Of a DNA stretch of 39,817 nucleotides, positions 12,552 through 21,932 are shown in pieces. The notes beneath the pieces are model-generated. The model saw only the letters and a list, made by a program, of their open reading frames with translations. It did not search any database and had not been told where the DNA came from. Numbering within the stretch: the stretch's first letter is position 1; every line of letters begins with the position of its first letter. The DNA is from an uncultured Dechloromonas sp. (GTDB taxonomy: Bacteria > Pseudomonadota > Gammaproteobacteria > Burkholderiales > Rhodocyclaceae). Made by a program: the position numbers and the translations under genes. The stretch is from positions 1 to 39,817 of the forward strand of contig CAZSAE010000001.1 in NCBI GenBank assembly GCA_964604765.1, in the 5' to 3' direction.

Positions 12552-13052
12552 CTAGGCGGCATCGACCAATAACGCGATTAGCCCGCTCAACGCATGGGCG
12601 ACGGCTTGTTCGCGAATCTGCTGCCGATCGCCGATAAAGTGTTGCGTGTCAGTCTGCGTTTGCGTGGGGGTGGACCAACCAAAACAGACGGTACCGATCG
12701 GTTTTTCGGGCGTGCCGCCATCCGGACCGGCAATGCCGGTTACCGAGAGTGCGTAATCGGTGCCGGCTACTTTGCGTGCTCCCGTCGCCATGGCGGCAGC
12801 GACCGCTTCGCTGACGGCGCCGTGCGCTGAGATCAGTGCAGGGTCGACGCCGAGTTCTTCTTGCTTGGCGCGATTGGAATAAGTCACCCAGCCGCGCTCG
12901 AACCAGGCCGAGCTACCGGCTAAGGCAGTCAGTGCGCCGGCGATCAAACCGCCGGTGCAGGATTCGGCGGTGGCCAAGCGGCGCTGTTGTCGGATCAACA
13001 GCGTTGCCAGTGTGCGGACTCGAACGGCGATATCGTCGGGCGTGCGCTTCAT
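12552..13052 (-). CDS. pncC: CinA C-terminal domain protein / NMN amidohydrolase (PncC-like)
   Basis: [31 protein letters not shown]; usual thiL-pgpA-cinA order. Confidence 0.88.
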   Translation of the reverse strand: MKRTPDDIAVRVRTLATLLIRQQRRLATAESCTGGLIAGALTALAGSSAWFERGWVTYSNRAKQEELGVDPALISAHGAVSEAVAAAMATGARKVAGTDYALSVTGIAGPDGGTPEKPIGTVCFGWSTPTQTQTDTQHFIGDRQQIREQAVAHALSGLIALLVDAA

Positions 13053-13597
13053 GATCCGTGCGTTTGCATATAAACAAAGGCCAGCAAGGCGGCCAGCGAA
13101 GCGACCGTATAGAGCGCAGCAATAACATCGTCCATCATGACGCCGTAGCCGTTTTTGACATGGCGGTCATAGTGCCGGGCTGGCCACGGTTTGGTGATGT
13201 CGTAGAATCTGAACAGAGCGAAGGCGATCCCCTGCCACAACAGACTGTCGCCGATGCTAGTCGAGAGTAACCAGAGAATGCCCCAGAAGGGCACGATTTC
13301 ATCCCAGACGATGCCGCCATGATCGATTTCACCAAGTGCATTGCCAGTGCGCTCGATGGCGACGATACCGATGACGAAACTGATGAGAATCAACAGCAAC
13401 ACTGAGCTTGGCGCAAGCATCATGTCCAACGCCCGGAAGGTAGCCCAGCCAAAGAGCGTGCCGACGGTGCCGGGTGCCCAAGGCGAAAGCCCACTGCCAA
13501 AACCCAGTGCGATGGTATGCAACGGATCTGCCAGCAGAAAACGTACAGTCGGTTGCTGGTCGGTGGCCGGTGGGTTCGGGTTGTCAGGAATCATCAT
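13049..13597 (-). CDS. pgpA: Phosphatidylglycerophosphatase A
   Basis: GFGSGLSPWAPGTVGTL, IVWDE, FRFYDITKPWP, GVMMDD. Confidence 0.95.
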   Translation of the reverse strand: MMIPDNPNPPATDQQPTVRFLLADPLHTIALGFGSGLSPWAPGTVGTLFGWATFRALDMMLAPSSVLLLILISFVIGIVAIERTGNALGEIDHGGIVWDEIVPFWGILWLLSTSIGDSLLWQGIAFALFRFYDITKPWPARHYDRHVKNGYGVMMDDVIAALYTVASLAALLAFVYMQTHGS

Positions 13598-13636
13598 GAA
13601 CGTAGATCTAAATTTAGGCCTTGGTCTGAATCTGGC

Positions 13637-14650
13637 TCAGGCGAAATGATCGAAACCGGTGCGGAACCGGGAGAGATCCATCGGTTGTTGGGCGCGATCT
13701 AAAACCTGGACGCACGACGGTGTCATTGTGCCGCCTTCTGCGGCGGCCTGCATGCGGCCGATGCGGGTGAGTGGTAGATCAAGCGTATCAGCCAAGTCGT
13801 TGATGGTGCCGCGAACGTTCACTGGTGCCGTAAACAGTAATTCATAGTCGTCGCCGCCGCCAAGCAGGCAACCGTGCCAGAGTTCGGCATCGACGCCGAC
13901 GGGTGGCGCCGGTAACAGCGACGCTTCAAGCGCAGCGTTTAAAGCGGAAGCCTCGGCAATATGTCCCAAGTCCTGCAACAGACCATCGGAAACATCAATG
14001 GCACTGTGTGCCAAACCACGCAGGGCCAGACCGAGTGCAACGCGTGGTTGCGGTCGGTGTAGCGCACGGTCAACGGTGGCTGCAATCTCGTTCGGCAAAG
14101 GCACGCTATCCAGCTTGGCGCGCAAGCCCAGTGCGGCATAACCCGGGGTGCCGGAAACCCAGATGTCGTCATCGGCCATTGCGCCGTTGCGGCGCAGGGC
14201 GCGCTCCGGCAATACCTCCCCCAGTGCGGTGACGCAGAAGGTACGCGCGGTGCCCGCACATCGTGTGGTGTCGCCGCCGATCAGTGCGACACCATGGGCG
14301 GCGGCGCAATCATTGAAGCCCGCGAAGAAAGCATCGATCCAGGTGGTATCGTTGGCGTCGGCCTGTGGGATGGCTGCCGCCAGCGTCACAAAACGGGGTG
14401 TAGCGCCCATCGCCGCGAGGTCGGAAATATTAACGGCCAGGGTTTTCCAGCCTAAGTCGTTGGCGGCATCGCTATCGAGAAAGTGCACGCCGCTGACCAG
14501 CATGTCGGTAGTAACGGCCCAGGCCGAATCGGCATCGGCTGCGCGAATCAGCGCACAGTCATCGCCCGGTCCGAGGATCGGTGGCTGTGAGACCTGATCG
14601 GCGCGAGTCTGGCGCAGCAGGTGTTCGATCAGTGCGAACTCGCCGGCCAT
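13637..14650 (-). CDS. thiL: Thiamine-monophosphate kinase
   Basis: GEFALI, GPGDDCA, NISDLAAMGA, IGGDT, DVSDGL, GGGDDYEL. Confidence 0.96.
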   Translation of the reverse strand: MAGEFALIEHLLRQTRADQVSQPPILGPGDDCALIRAADADSAWAVTTDMLVSGVHFLDSDAANDLGWKTLAVNISDLAAMGATPRFVTLAAAIPQADANDTTWIDAFFAGFNDCAAAHGVALIGGDTTRCAGTARTFCVTALGEVLPERALRRNGAMADDDIWVSGTPGYAALGLRAKLDSVPLPNEIAATVDRALHRPQPRVALGLALRGLAHSAIDVSDGLLQDLGHIAEASALNAALEASLLPAPPVGVDAELWHGCLLGGGDDYELLFTAPVNVRGTINDLADTLDLPLTRIGRMQAAAEGGTMTPSCVQVLDRAQQPMDLSRFRTGFDHFA

Positions 14651-14657
14651 GAATGTG

Positions 14658-15140
14658 CTAGCGCTTAGGGCGGCTGCTTTCCAGCGGACGCAGCGTCGGC
14701 GCCAGCCGGTCGAGTACGCCGTTCACAAACTTGTGACCATCGGTACCGCCAAAGGTTTTAGCGAGTTCGATGGCTTCATTGAGCACCACGCGCAGCGGCG
14801 TTTCGGGGCTGCTTGCCATTTCATGCGCACCTAACAACAGAATGCAACCCTCGACCGGCGATAGTTCGGCGAAGGGGCGATCAAGGAGCGGTGTGAGTTG
14901 CTCGCGCAGCGTCTCGTGGCTAGCGATGCAACCGCGCAGCAAGGCGATAGCAAAGTTCTGCTCGGCGTCGCGTAGTTGATCGAAGCCTTCGATGTCGTGC
15001 AGGGCGCTTTCGCAGGCGGCCAGATCTTGTCCGCCGATCTGCCAGCCATAGAGTGCTTGCAAAACCGCCTCGCGGGCGCGGCGGCGGGCGGGCTTGGGAC
15101 CGTTGGCCGGACGTGCTGCGCTCTGGGCTTCCCGGGTCAT
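14658..15140 (-). CDS. nusB: Transcription antitermination factor NusB
   Basis: [32 protein letters not shown]; lies between ribH and thiL. Confidence 0.96.
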   Translation of the reverse strand: MTREAQSAARPANGPKPARRRAREAVLQALYGWQIGGQDLAACESALHDIEGFDQLRDAEQNFAIALLRGCIASHETLREQLTPLLDRPFAELSPVEGCILLLGAHEMASSPETPLRVVLNEAIELAKTFGGTDGHKFVNGVLDRLAPTLRPLESSRPKR

Positions 15141-15640
15141 GTCGGGTTGCCTTCGGGTTGCGGCGCTGCGCCGAGGCGGATACGTTCGTGCAAACGCGCC
15201 ATTTCAACCGCGCATCGGGCGCAGTCGGCACCCTTGCCATGCATGCGCGCCAAGGCCTGATCGTCGTCTTCGGTGGTCAGGATGCCATTGGCGACTGGTA
15301 CACCCGTGGCCAGCTGCACTTCCATGACGGCGCGACAGCTGTCGTTGCTGACGACCTCAAAGTGATAGGTCTCGCCGCGAATCACCGCACCCAATGCGAT
15401 CAACGCGTCATAAGGGTTGTCTTCTTCGTCGGCCAGGCTTTGCAGCACCAGCGGGATTTCCAGTGCGCCCGGCACGCTGCAAACCGTGATGTCATCGGCA
15501 GCAACGCCGAGTCGGTGCAGTTCATGAATGGCACCTGACAAAAGTCCGTCGCAAACATCCTGATTGAAGCGGGCGACAACAACACCGATGCGCAGGCCTT
15601 GGCCGTTTTCGCGGATGGGATATTCCAGATAGCGGGTCAT
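15137..15640 (-). CDS. ribH: 6,7-dimethyl-8-ribityllumazine synthase
   Basis: [32 protein letters not shown]. Start set at ATG 15640 (AGGA RBS). Confidence 0.96.
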   Translation of the reverse strand: MTRYLEYPIRENGQGLRIGVVVARFNQDVCDGLLSGAIHELHRLGVAADDITVCSVPGALEIPLVLQSLADEEDNPYDALIALGAVIRGETYHFEVVSNDSCRAVMEVQLATGVPVANGILTTEDDDQALARMHGKGADCARCAVEMARLHERIRLGAAPQPEGNPT

Positions 15641-15650
15641 CGATAGGTCC

Positions 15651-16790
15651 TTAAACGTTGGTCTGCGTGCCATTGGGCAGTTGGAAGCCGGTGACTTCGA
15701 GATCGAAGCCGGTCATTGCGGGAATACGTTGCGGTGCGGACAGCAGGCGCATTTTTTTGACGCCGAGATCGCGCAGAATCTGCGCGCCGATACCGTGCAG
15801 TAGTGGATCCCATTTGCGGGGTTGTGCTGGCTGCTCGGTTGCGTTCAACCCTTGCAGTAGTTCGTTTCCGCTTAGCGGCTTGTGCAGCATGACGAGCACG
15901 CCCTGCTCGGCGGCGCCGATGGCGGTCATGGCATCTTCGAGCATGACGCTGTGCCCGGTATTTTCCGGAGCGAGAAAGTCGAGCACCGAAATCGGCACAT
16001 GCACACGTACCAACGCTTCCTTGCTCGGATCGAGCGGTCCCTTGACGAGCGCCAGATGCACTTCGTCCGAGGCCTTATCGCTATAGGTATGCAGTGTGAA
16101 ATGGCCGTGGCGGGTATCGAGCGGGCGCGAACCAACGCGGCTGACAAGTGTCTCGTGTTGGCTGCGGTAATGGATGAGGTCGGCGATGGTGCCGATCTTC
16201 AGGCCATGATGCGCGGCGAACTCGCGCAATTCCGGCAACCGCGCCATCGTACCGTCTTCGCTCATGATCTCGCAGATCACTGACGCGGGGGATAGGCCGG
16301 CCAGTTTGGCCAGATCGCAGCCCGCTTCGGTATGACCGGCGCGCACCAGCACACCCCCCGGACGCGCCATGATCGGAAAGATATGGCCCGGTTGCACGAT
16401 GTCCGATGGTTTGGCGTCGGTGGCGACGGCTGCCTGAATTGTGCGCGCGCGGTCGTGGGCCGAGATACCGGTGGTTACGCCCTCGGCCGCTTCGATTGAA
16501 ACGGTAAACGCCGTACCGAATTGCGCCTTGTTGTCGCGTGCCATCTGGTTGAGACCGAGTTGACGGCAGCGCTGTTCGGTCAGTGTCAGGCAGATCAGAC
16601 CGCGGCCGTAACGCGCCATGAAATTGATGGCCTCCGGCGTCACATGGTCCGCCGCCAGCACGAGGTCGCCTTCGTTTTCACGGTCTTCTTCGTCGACCAG
16701 AACGACCATACGACCGGCGCGCAACTCGGCAATGATTTCGTGCGTTGGTGCCATGCGCTGTGCAGCGGGCGGTAGATGTTGTTCGTTCAT
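15651..16790 (-). CDS. ribB: 3,4-dihydroxy-2-butanone-4-phosphate synthase fused to a degenerate GTP cyclohydrolase II-like domain (RibBX type)
   Basis: Intact RibB motifs ([36 protein letters not shown]). The C-terminal domain keeps LVRVH and [11 protein letters not shown] but lacks the zinc-binding Cys motif. Start set at ATG 16790, ATGA overlap with ribE. Confidence 0.92.
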   Translation of the reverse strand: MNEQHLPPAAQRMAPTHEIIAELRAGRMVVLVDEEDRENEGDLVLAADHVTPEAINFMARYGRGLICLTLTEQRCRQLGLNQMARDNKAQFGTAFTVSIEAAEGVTTGISAHDRARTIQAAVATDAKPSDIVQPGHIFPIMARPGGVLVRAGHTEAGCDLAKLAGLSPASVICEIMSEDGTMARLPELREFAAHHGLKIGTIADLIHYRSQHETLVSRVGSRPLDTRHGHFTLHTYSDKASDEVHLALVKGPLDPSKEALVRVHVPISVLDFLAPENTGHSVMLEDAMTAIGAAEQGVLVMLHKPLSGNELLQGLNATEQPAQPRKWDPLLHGIGAQILRDLGVKKMRLLSAPQRIPAMTGFDLEVTGFQLPNGTQTNV

Positions 16791-17404
16791 GATTTTGTAT
16801 ACGACAGCAGACGTTCGCAATAACGTGCGATGACGTCGATTTCCAGATTGACCGACGACCCGACCGTGAGCGTGTGCAGCATGGTGTTTTGCAAGGTGTG
16901 CGGAATCAGGTTGATCGAGAACAGGCGTCCTTCGACCGTGTTGACCGTGAGGCTTGTGCCGTTCACGGTGATCGATCCCTTGCGGGCAATGAACGGCGCC
17001 AGGTCGTCGGGCGCTTCGATGGTCAACAGCCAGTCACCTTGCGCGTCCGACGAAGTCGGTGCGAAATGGCGTATCTGACCGATACCGTCGACGTGACCCG
17101 TCACCAGGTGACCCCCCAAACGATCAGCCAGACGCAGGGCTTTTTCCAGATTGAGCGGCGCGTCGGCGGACAGTCCCGTGGCGCAACGCAGCGTCTCGTC
17201 GGATACATCGACGATGAACGCGGTCGGCTGGTCGGGCGGCGTCAGTTCGACGACAGTCAGACACACGCCATTGCAGGCGATTGAGTCGCCCAGGATGACG
17301 TCGGAGAGATCCAGGCCGCCGGCATGAATGGTCAAGCGCACGCCACTATTGCGGGGGGCGACTTGGGTGACGTGACCAACGGCAGCGATGATTCCTGAAA
17401 ACAT
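16787..17404 (-). CDS. ribE: Riboflavin synthase (alpha chain)
   Basis: [50 protein letters not shown]. The same enzyme is named ribC in E. coli. Confidence 0.96.
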   Translation of the reverse strand: MFSGIIAAVGHVTQVAPRNSGVRLTIHAGGLDLSDVILGDSIACNGVCLTVVELTPPDQPTAFIVDVSDETLRCATGLSADAPLNLEKALRLADRLGGHLVTGHVDGIGQIRHFAPTSSDAQGDWLLTIEAPDDLAPFIARKGSITVNGTSLTVNTVEGRLFSINLIPHTLQNTMLHTLTVGSSVNLEIDVIARYCERLLSYTKS

Positions 17405-17438
17405 GATTTTCGATGCGACGGCAGGACAATGAATAAGG

Positions 17439-17452
17439 GGGCAATTCTAACA
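17439..17452 (-). promoter_or_regulatory. Candidate extended -10 element (TGnTAGAAT) for the ribE-ribB-ribH-nusB-thiL operon
   Basis: The minus strand reads gTGtTAGAATtgcccc about 40 nt upstream of the ribE ATG. Confidence 0.45.
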
Positions 17453-17506
17453 CGCCACCCTCGGCAAAGGCCTGTGCGAAGCCGTTTGCACGGGGGAATG
17501 GTTGGC

Positions 17507-19423
17507 TCAGTCGGCCGGTTTTGCAGCCAGGCTCTGCACCCGCTGGAGTTGTTTCAGGAAGGCCTCGGGTCCCACATAGCCAGCAAGCGTGGCGTCATGG
17601 AGCAGGCGTCCACCCGGTGCATAAAACACCATGCCGGGCGGGCCATAGAGGCCGAAACGCTGCAGCAGCTGACGCGCCTCGGCGTCGCTGGCCGTGACAT
17701 CAACGCGGATCGGCGTAAAGGCGTCCAAGGCCTGGCGCACGGCGGCATCACCGAGGGTGTCGCGCTCGAATTCTTTACAGCTCACACACCAGTCGGCATA
17801 GACGTCGATGAAAATCGGTTTCTGTGCCTCACGTAACGCGACTTCGAGCGCGGCAACGGTGGTGATGCGCGGCATCGGCAACGGGGCGAGATCGGCCGTT
17901 GATCGTTCCTCACCCGCAATGAACGGGCTCAGCGGCCGATCAAGTCGGGACGCGCCACCCAGCGCGCCGGCAAGCCATGCAAGTCCCAGGGCAACGAAAA
18001 CGACGCCCAGCGCCTTACCGAGTCGCATAGACAGATGCGCCCGTTCGGGCAGACGATCCAGCGCCTTGAGCAGCACACCGGCCGTGATAGCGAGCACGCC
18101 GAAACCGCCCATGAACAGGCTGTCCGCCAAGACCGGCGCCAGAATCCACCAGGCGGTGGCGAGCAGGATGAAACCGAAGGCTTTTTTGATGGCCTCCATC
18201 CACGGCCCTGTTTTGATCACCAGAGTACCGGCCGAGGCGCCCATGGCAAGTAACGGAACGCCCATACCGAAGGCCAAGACAAATAACAGAATGCCGCCCA
18301 GCAGAGCGTCGCCCGTTTGTCCGATATAAAGCAGAGCACCGGCCAGCGGCGCCGCGACACAGGGGCCGACGATCAGTGCCGACAGCGCACCCAGCACAAA
18401 GGCAGCGGGTAGCGAACCGCCGTGCACCCGGCTGCTTTCTTGCGCTAACTTGCCCTGAAGCGTACTGGGCAATTGCAGATTGTAGAGGCCGAGCATCGCA
18501 CCAGCCAATGCGACATAGACGAGCGCGAAGAGACCGAGTACCCAGGGGTTTTGCAGTAGTCCCGACACCAGCGTGCCGGAAAGCCCGGCAAAAACGCCGG
18601 CCAGAGCATACGTGAGCGCCATGCCTATTACGTAGGCGAGCGCCAGCAGCAGGCCGCGCAGATGCGACAGCGGGTGCGCCGCATCGTGGCGGCCGAGCAC
18701 CACCGTCGCCACGATCGGCATCATCGGCAACATGCAGGGCGTGAACGCCAGACCGATACCGGCGCCGAAGAACAGCAGCAGGTTCAACCAGAGATCGCCC
18801 TGATCCAAATTACGGGCAATCTCACGGACGCCATTGGCGGGTTCGCCAGCGGGTTCGTTGGCGCTCGGTGCTGCGGCTGCTGCGGTCGGCGCGGCATTTT
18901 CTGCACTGGGCAGTACGACGGGCAGTAGCAGCACTTCCGGTGGATAGCAGATACCCTGGTTAGCGCAACCCTGATAGCGCACCGACAGCGTCAAAGTCAG
19001 CGGGCGCTGACCGCCACGAATGGTGACAGGCCAGCGCAATGGCTCACTGTAGATTTCAGTGGGCCCGAAATTGGGATCGTCTTTCAAGGTACCGAGCGGC
19101 AGGGCGTCGGCTGCAATGCGGACGTCCGCAGGAACAAGGCCGGTGGCCTCGACGGACAGTTTATTGCGATACAGGTAGTAACCGGGTTGTATCTCAAAAT
19201 GTACTTCGACCTGTTCGCTGTTCAACACCGTCACGCTCGGTTTGAACGCCATCTGGGGCGGTAGGAAACTCGCACTACCGGGTAGCGTGAAGTCGCCGGG
19301 TGCGGCCAATGTGGTGGAGGGCAAGGCGAAGCCCGTGACACCAATCACCACAGCAACGAGGACTGGCAGCAAATCGTGCAGTGTTGCGGTGAGGCGCGCG
19401 AAAAAAAGGCGAATTGTCTGCAT
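17507..19423 (-). CDS. dsbD: Thiol:disulfide interchange protein DsbD
   Basis: All three domains have their catalytic Cys pairs: QGC..GICYPP (alpha), FTPCMLPM and GPCVAAP (TM beta), ADWCVSCK (gamma); follows cutA. Confidence 0.96.
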   Translation of the reverse strand: MQTIRLFFARLTATLHDLLPVLVAVVIGVTGFALPSTTLAAPGDFTLPGSASFLPPQMAFKPSVTVLNSEQVEVHFEIQPGYYLYRNKLSVEATGLVPADVRIAADALPLGTLKDDPNFGPTEIYSEPLRWPVTIRGGQRPLTLTLSVRYQGCANQGICYPPEVLLLPVVLPSAENAAPTAAAAAPSANEPAGEPANGVREIARNLDQGDLWLNLLLFFGAGIGLAFTPCMLPMMPIVATVVLGRHDAAHPLSHLRGLLLALAYVIGMALTYALAGVFAGLSGTLVSGLLQNPWVLGLFALVYVALAGAMLGLYNLQLPSTLQGKLAQESSRVHGGSLPAAFVLGALSALIVGPCVAAPLAGALLYIGQTGDALLGGILLFVLAFGMGVPLLAMGASAGTLVIKTGPWMEAIKKAFGFILLATAWWILAPVLADSLFMGGFGVLAITAGVLLKALDRLPERAHLSMRLGKALGVVFVALGLAWLAGALGGASRLDRPLSPFIAGEERSTADLAPLPMPRITTVAALEVALREAQKPIFIDVYADWCVSCKEFERDTLGDAAVRQALDAFTPIRVDVTASDAEARQLLQRFGLYGPPGMVFYAPGGRLLHDATLAGYVGPEAFLKQLQRVQSLAAKPAD

Positions 19424-19752
19424 CAGTCGTTTGAGTCAGTGACGCTGGCAACCCAGCGGAGGTAGTCCGGTAGGCCGGCGTGACAATCAACCCCGAGAAT
19501 TTCCGGCACGTCGTAGGGGTGGGCCGCTTTTAACTGTTGCTCAAGCGCGGCGTAGCGATCACGCTGCGTGACGACGATGAGTGGAATTTCCGTGGCCCGT
19601 TCGATTTGTCCCGCCCAACGATACGTGGACTGGCAGGCGGGCAGGGCCTTGACGCAGGCGGCAAGCCCTGCCTCCACCAGTTGATGCGCCAGTGCCTCGG
19701 CCAACGCTTCGTCGGGCACGCTGGTAAAGACGAGGTAAGCCGATGTGTCCAT
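19423..19752 (-). CDS. cutA: Divalent-cation tolerance protein CutA
   Basis: LVEAGLAAC, STYRWAG, HPYDVPEI, YLRWV; cutA-dsbD adjacency. Confidence 0.95.
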   Translation of the reverse strand: MDTSAYLVFTSVPDEALAEALAHQLVEAGLAACVKALPACQSTYRWAGQIERATEIPLIVVTQRDRYAALEQQLKAAHPYDVPEILGVDCHAGLPDYLRWVASVTDSND

Positions 19753-20402
19753 CAGTGACGCCAGTTGTGCGTGATAATTTCGCGCAGCACATGCAGACGG
19801 CGATGGAAGAAATGATCCGCCGCTGGTACGACGATAATCGGCAGATCTTGCGGTTCGGCCCAGGCCAGCACATTAGCGAGCGGCACGGTTTCATCGGCCG
19901 AGCCGTGGATGACGATCGAGTCGCGGGGCACGGCCTCGGTGTCGTAATTGCGCGTACCTTCGACAAAGCCGGCAGCGGTGCCGACGAGCACCAGTCGTTG
20001 CGCCGGATGTCCGGCCTCGGTCATGCGTTTGGCCACGCGGGTCTGCACATAGGCGCCAAACGAGAAGCCGGCCAGCACGACGGGAAGGTGGCCGCAGCGT
20101 TCCCGTGCATAAGCCAGTACGGCCAGCATGTCCTCGGTTTCGCCAATACCCTCGTCATGCGCGCCCTCGGTCTGGCCGACGGTGCGGAAGTTCGGGCGAA
20201 AGGCGGCATAACGCAGACCGGCGAAGGTGCGTGCCAGGGTATGGGCAACCTTATTGGTGGCGGCACCACCTCCGATCGGATGCGGGTGACCGATCAGCGC
20301 GATGCCACGCGGTGCACCCGGGTTGTCGATGAGCACCTCGATCTTGCCGACCGGGCCGTCGATCAGCACCTGTTCTTCACGGGATTGGGCAACATGGGAC
20401 AT
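19752..20402 (-). CDS. Alpha/beta-fold hydrolase
   Basis: HPHP motif, GFSFG nucleophile elbow, HGSADE acid residue, ADHFF His. Confidence 0.9.
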   Translation of the reverse strand: MSHVAQSREEQVLIDGPVGKIEVLIDNPGAPRGIALIGHPHPIGGGAATNKVAHTLARTFAGLRYAAFRPNFRTVGQTEGAHDEGIGETEDMLAVLAYARERCGHLPVVLAGFSFGAYVQTRVAKRMTEAGHPAQRLVLVGTAAGFVEGTRNYDTEAVPRDSIVIHGSADETVPLANVLAWAEPQDLPIIVVPAADHFFHRRLHVLREIITHNWRH

Positions 20403-20422
20403 GGTGGGCGCTTCCAGTGGTT

Positions 20423-20731
20423 TCAGATACGCAAGCGGTCAACGGGCACGCCTTTGACCAGATGCGATTCGATGATCTCGTCGACATCCTCCTTGTCGAC
20501 AAACTGATACCAGATTGCTTCGGGATAGATGACCATGACGGGTCCCTCATCACAACGCCCCAGGCAGCCGGCCTTGTTGATACGCACCTGGCCCGGCTGG
20601 TTGAGCTTGAGCTCGGCGACGCGTGCTTTGGCGTATTCGAAAATGGCCGTTGCACCATGTGCGTTACAACACGGCTCACCGTTATCGCGCTGATTACAGC
20701 AAATAAACAGGTGTTGTTCGAAGTAGCTCAT
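20423..20731 (-). CDS. Thioredoxin-like [2Fe-2S] ferredoxin
   Basis: FICCNQR...CC...GCLGRCDEGP.MVIYPE.IWY pattern; GGAG RBS; a TATAAT overlaps the VanZ stop upstream. Confidence 0.9.
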   Translation of the reverse strand: MSYFEQHLFICCNQRDNGEPCCNAHGATAIFEYAKARVAELKLNQPGQVRINKAGCLGRCDEGPVMVIYPEAIWYQFVDKEDVDEIIESHLVKGVPVDRLRI

Positions 20732-20771
20732 GATGCGGTCTCCGGATGGGCGTCTTGGCTGGAAGACAGGA

Positions 20772-21932
20772 TTATAGGCGCCCTGCTTCGACTTCGCCCA
20801 ATCGGCTTTGCCGGTCGGTCCAGACCAGAAAGAGCAGCGTCAGATACGGCCAGAGGGCGGCGATCAGGCGGGTGAGGCCATTAAAATTAAGAAAGTGGCC
20901 TTGTCGCCAGACCGTCAACGCCGTGGGCGAATAGGGGTTGATCGGCATCAGATTGACGAGCACGGTCGCTGTCATTAGGCAGGTCGCGGCAAGTGGCAAC
21001 TGCCAAGAGACGGGGGCGTAGAGTAACGGCAGCAGTAACGCCACCCCGGCGACGAGCCCCATGAGCCCGCCAGGCGTCAACGCTGCCCATCGCGCGGCCT
21101 CACCGAATAGCGGAAGATTGTTGAGCAGCACCCAGCTGGCCAGGGTGCGGATGCAAACGCCCAAGCCCAGAAGAATCATGATGGCCACGAATTGCTGCGG
21201 CCGGCGCAGGGCAAGTCGTTCCAGCACGCCGCGCAATAAAAACGCCACGACCAGCGTTTGCAGCCCGGCGATTAGCGCTTCAAGCAGAATGTGTTGATCC
21301 GGAGAGAAAGGGAGCGCAGGCGGTAGGGCGAGTAATGCCCGTAAATCGCCGAGACCGAAGAACAGGGTTTCGGGGGAAATCTGGGCAAATAGCCAGAGCG
21401 CCAAGAGAATGAATCCAGACTCTGCGCTCAGGCGCCGGACGCCGAGCCGGTGTCGCAGGCGTCCCGCGCCGACCAACAGCCTCGGGCCATAGAACAACGA
21501 GAGCGCGACACCGCATAAGGTGCCGAGCGTGTTGAAGAGCAAATCCAACAAGGAAGAAACGCGGCCAGGAATCAGCGTTTGCAATGCCTCGACGCTCGCC
21601 GAAAGCAGGAAGCCGAAGAGTACGGGAATGAGCACTCGCGCCCAGGGCGAGCGCCGATGGTGCGGTGACAGCGTTAACAGAAAACCGAGCGGGAGGTAGG
21701 CCAATATGTTGAATAGGGCATCCTGCCAGGTCCAGTAACGTGGCCAGTTGCCGGCCATAAAATCAAAGAGCCCCAGGCCGTTGTCGCGCCAAGCATGATT
21801 GGCATAGAGACTGGCGTAAACGATGATGCCGACGTAAGCCAGCGATAGCACGAGCGGTCGCTGGTGAAGTCGCTGGCGCAGCGACGGACGCTCAGCGGAC
21901 GCTGTCGTGCTCGCTGACGTGTCCGTGTTCAT
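20772..21932 (-). CDS. VanZ-family polytopic membrane protein
   Basis: VanZ motif (D..FNILAYLPLG; SVEALQTLIPGRVSSLLDLLFNTLG) followed by further TM helices ending QGHFLNFNGLT. The start is uncertain; ATG 21932 was chosen. Confidence 0.85.
   Translation of the reverse strand: MNTDTSASTTASAERPSLRQRLHQRPLVLSLAYVGIIVYASLYANHAWRDNGLGLFDFMAGNWPRYWTWQDALFNILAYLPLGFLLTLSPHHRRSPWARVLIPVLFGFLLSASVEALQTLIPGRVSSLLDLLFNTLGTLCGVALSLFYGPRLLVGAGRLRHRLGVRRLSAESGFILLALWLFAQISPETLFFGLGDLRALLALPPALPFSPDQHILLEALIAGLQTLVVAFLLRGVLERLALRRPQQFVAIMILLGLGVCIRTLASWVLLNNLPLFGEAARWAALTPGGLMGLVAGVALLLPLLYAPVSWQLPLAATCLMTATVLVNLMPINPYSPTALTVWRQGHFLNFNGLTRLIAALWPYLTLLFLVWTDRQSRLGEVEAGRL

Noticed and set aside
13598-13636. 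AT-rich thiL-pgpA spacer with the palindrome CTAAATTTAG and weak 6-bp periodicity
   Set aside because: Too short and degenerate to distinguish from chance, with no matching copy elsewhere in the window.
17405-17506. FMN riboswitch upstream of the riboflavin genes
   Set aside because: The gap is only 102 bp and lacks the conserved AGGGCGGGG...AAnUCCC.ACCG core.
20772-21932. Glycopeptide-resistance locus suggested by the VanZ domain
   Set aside because: No vanHAX or vanRS genes are present; VanZ-like domains are common in core genomes.
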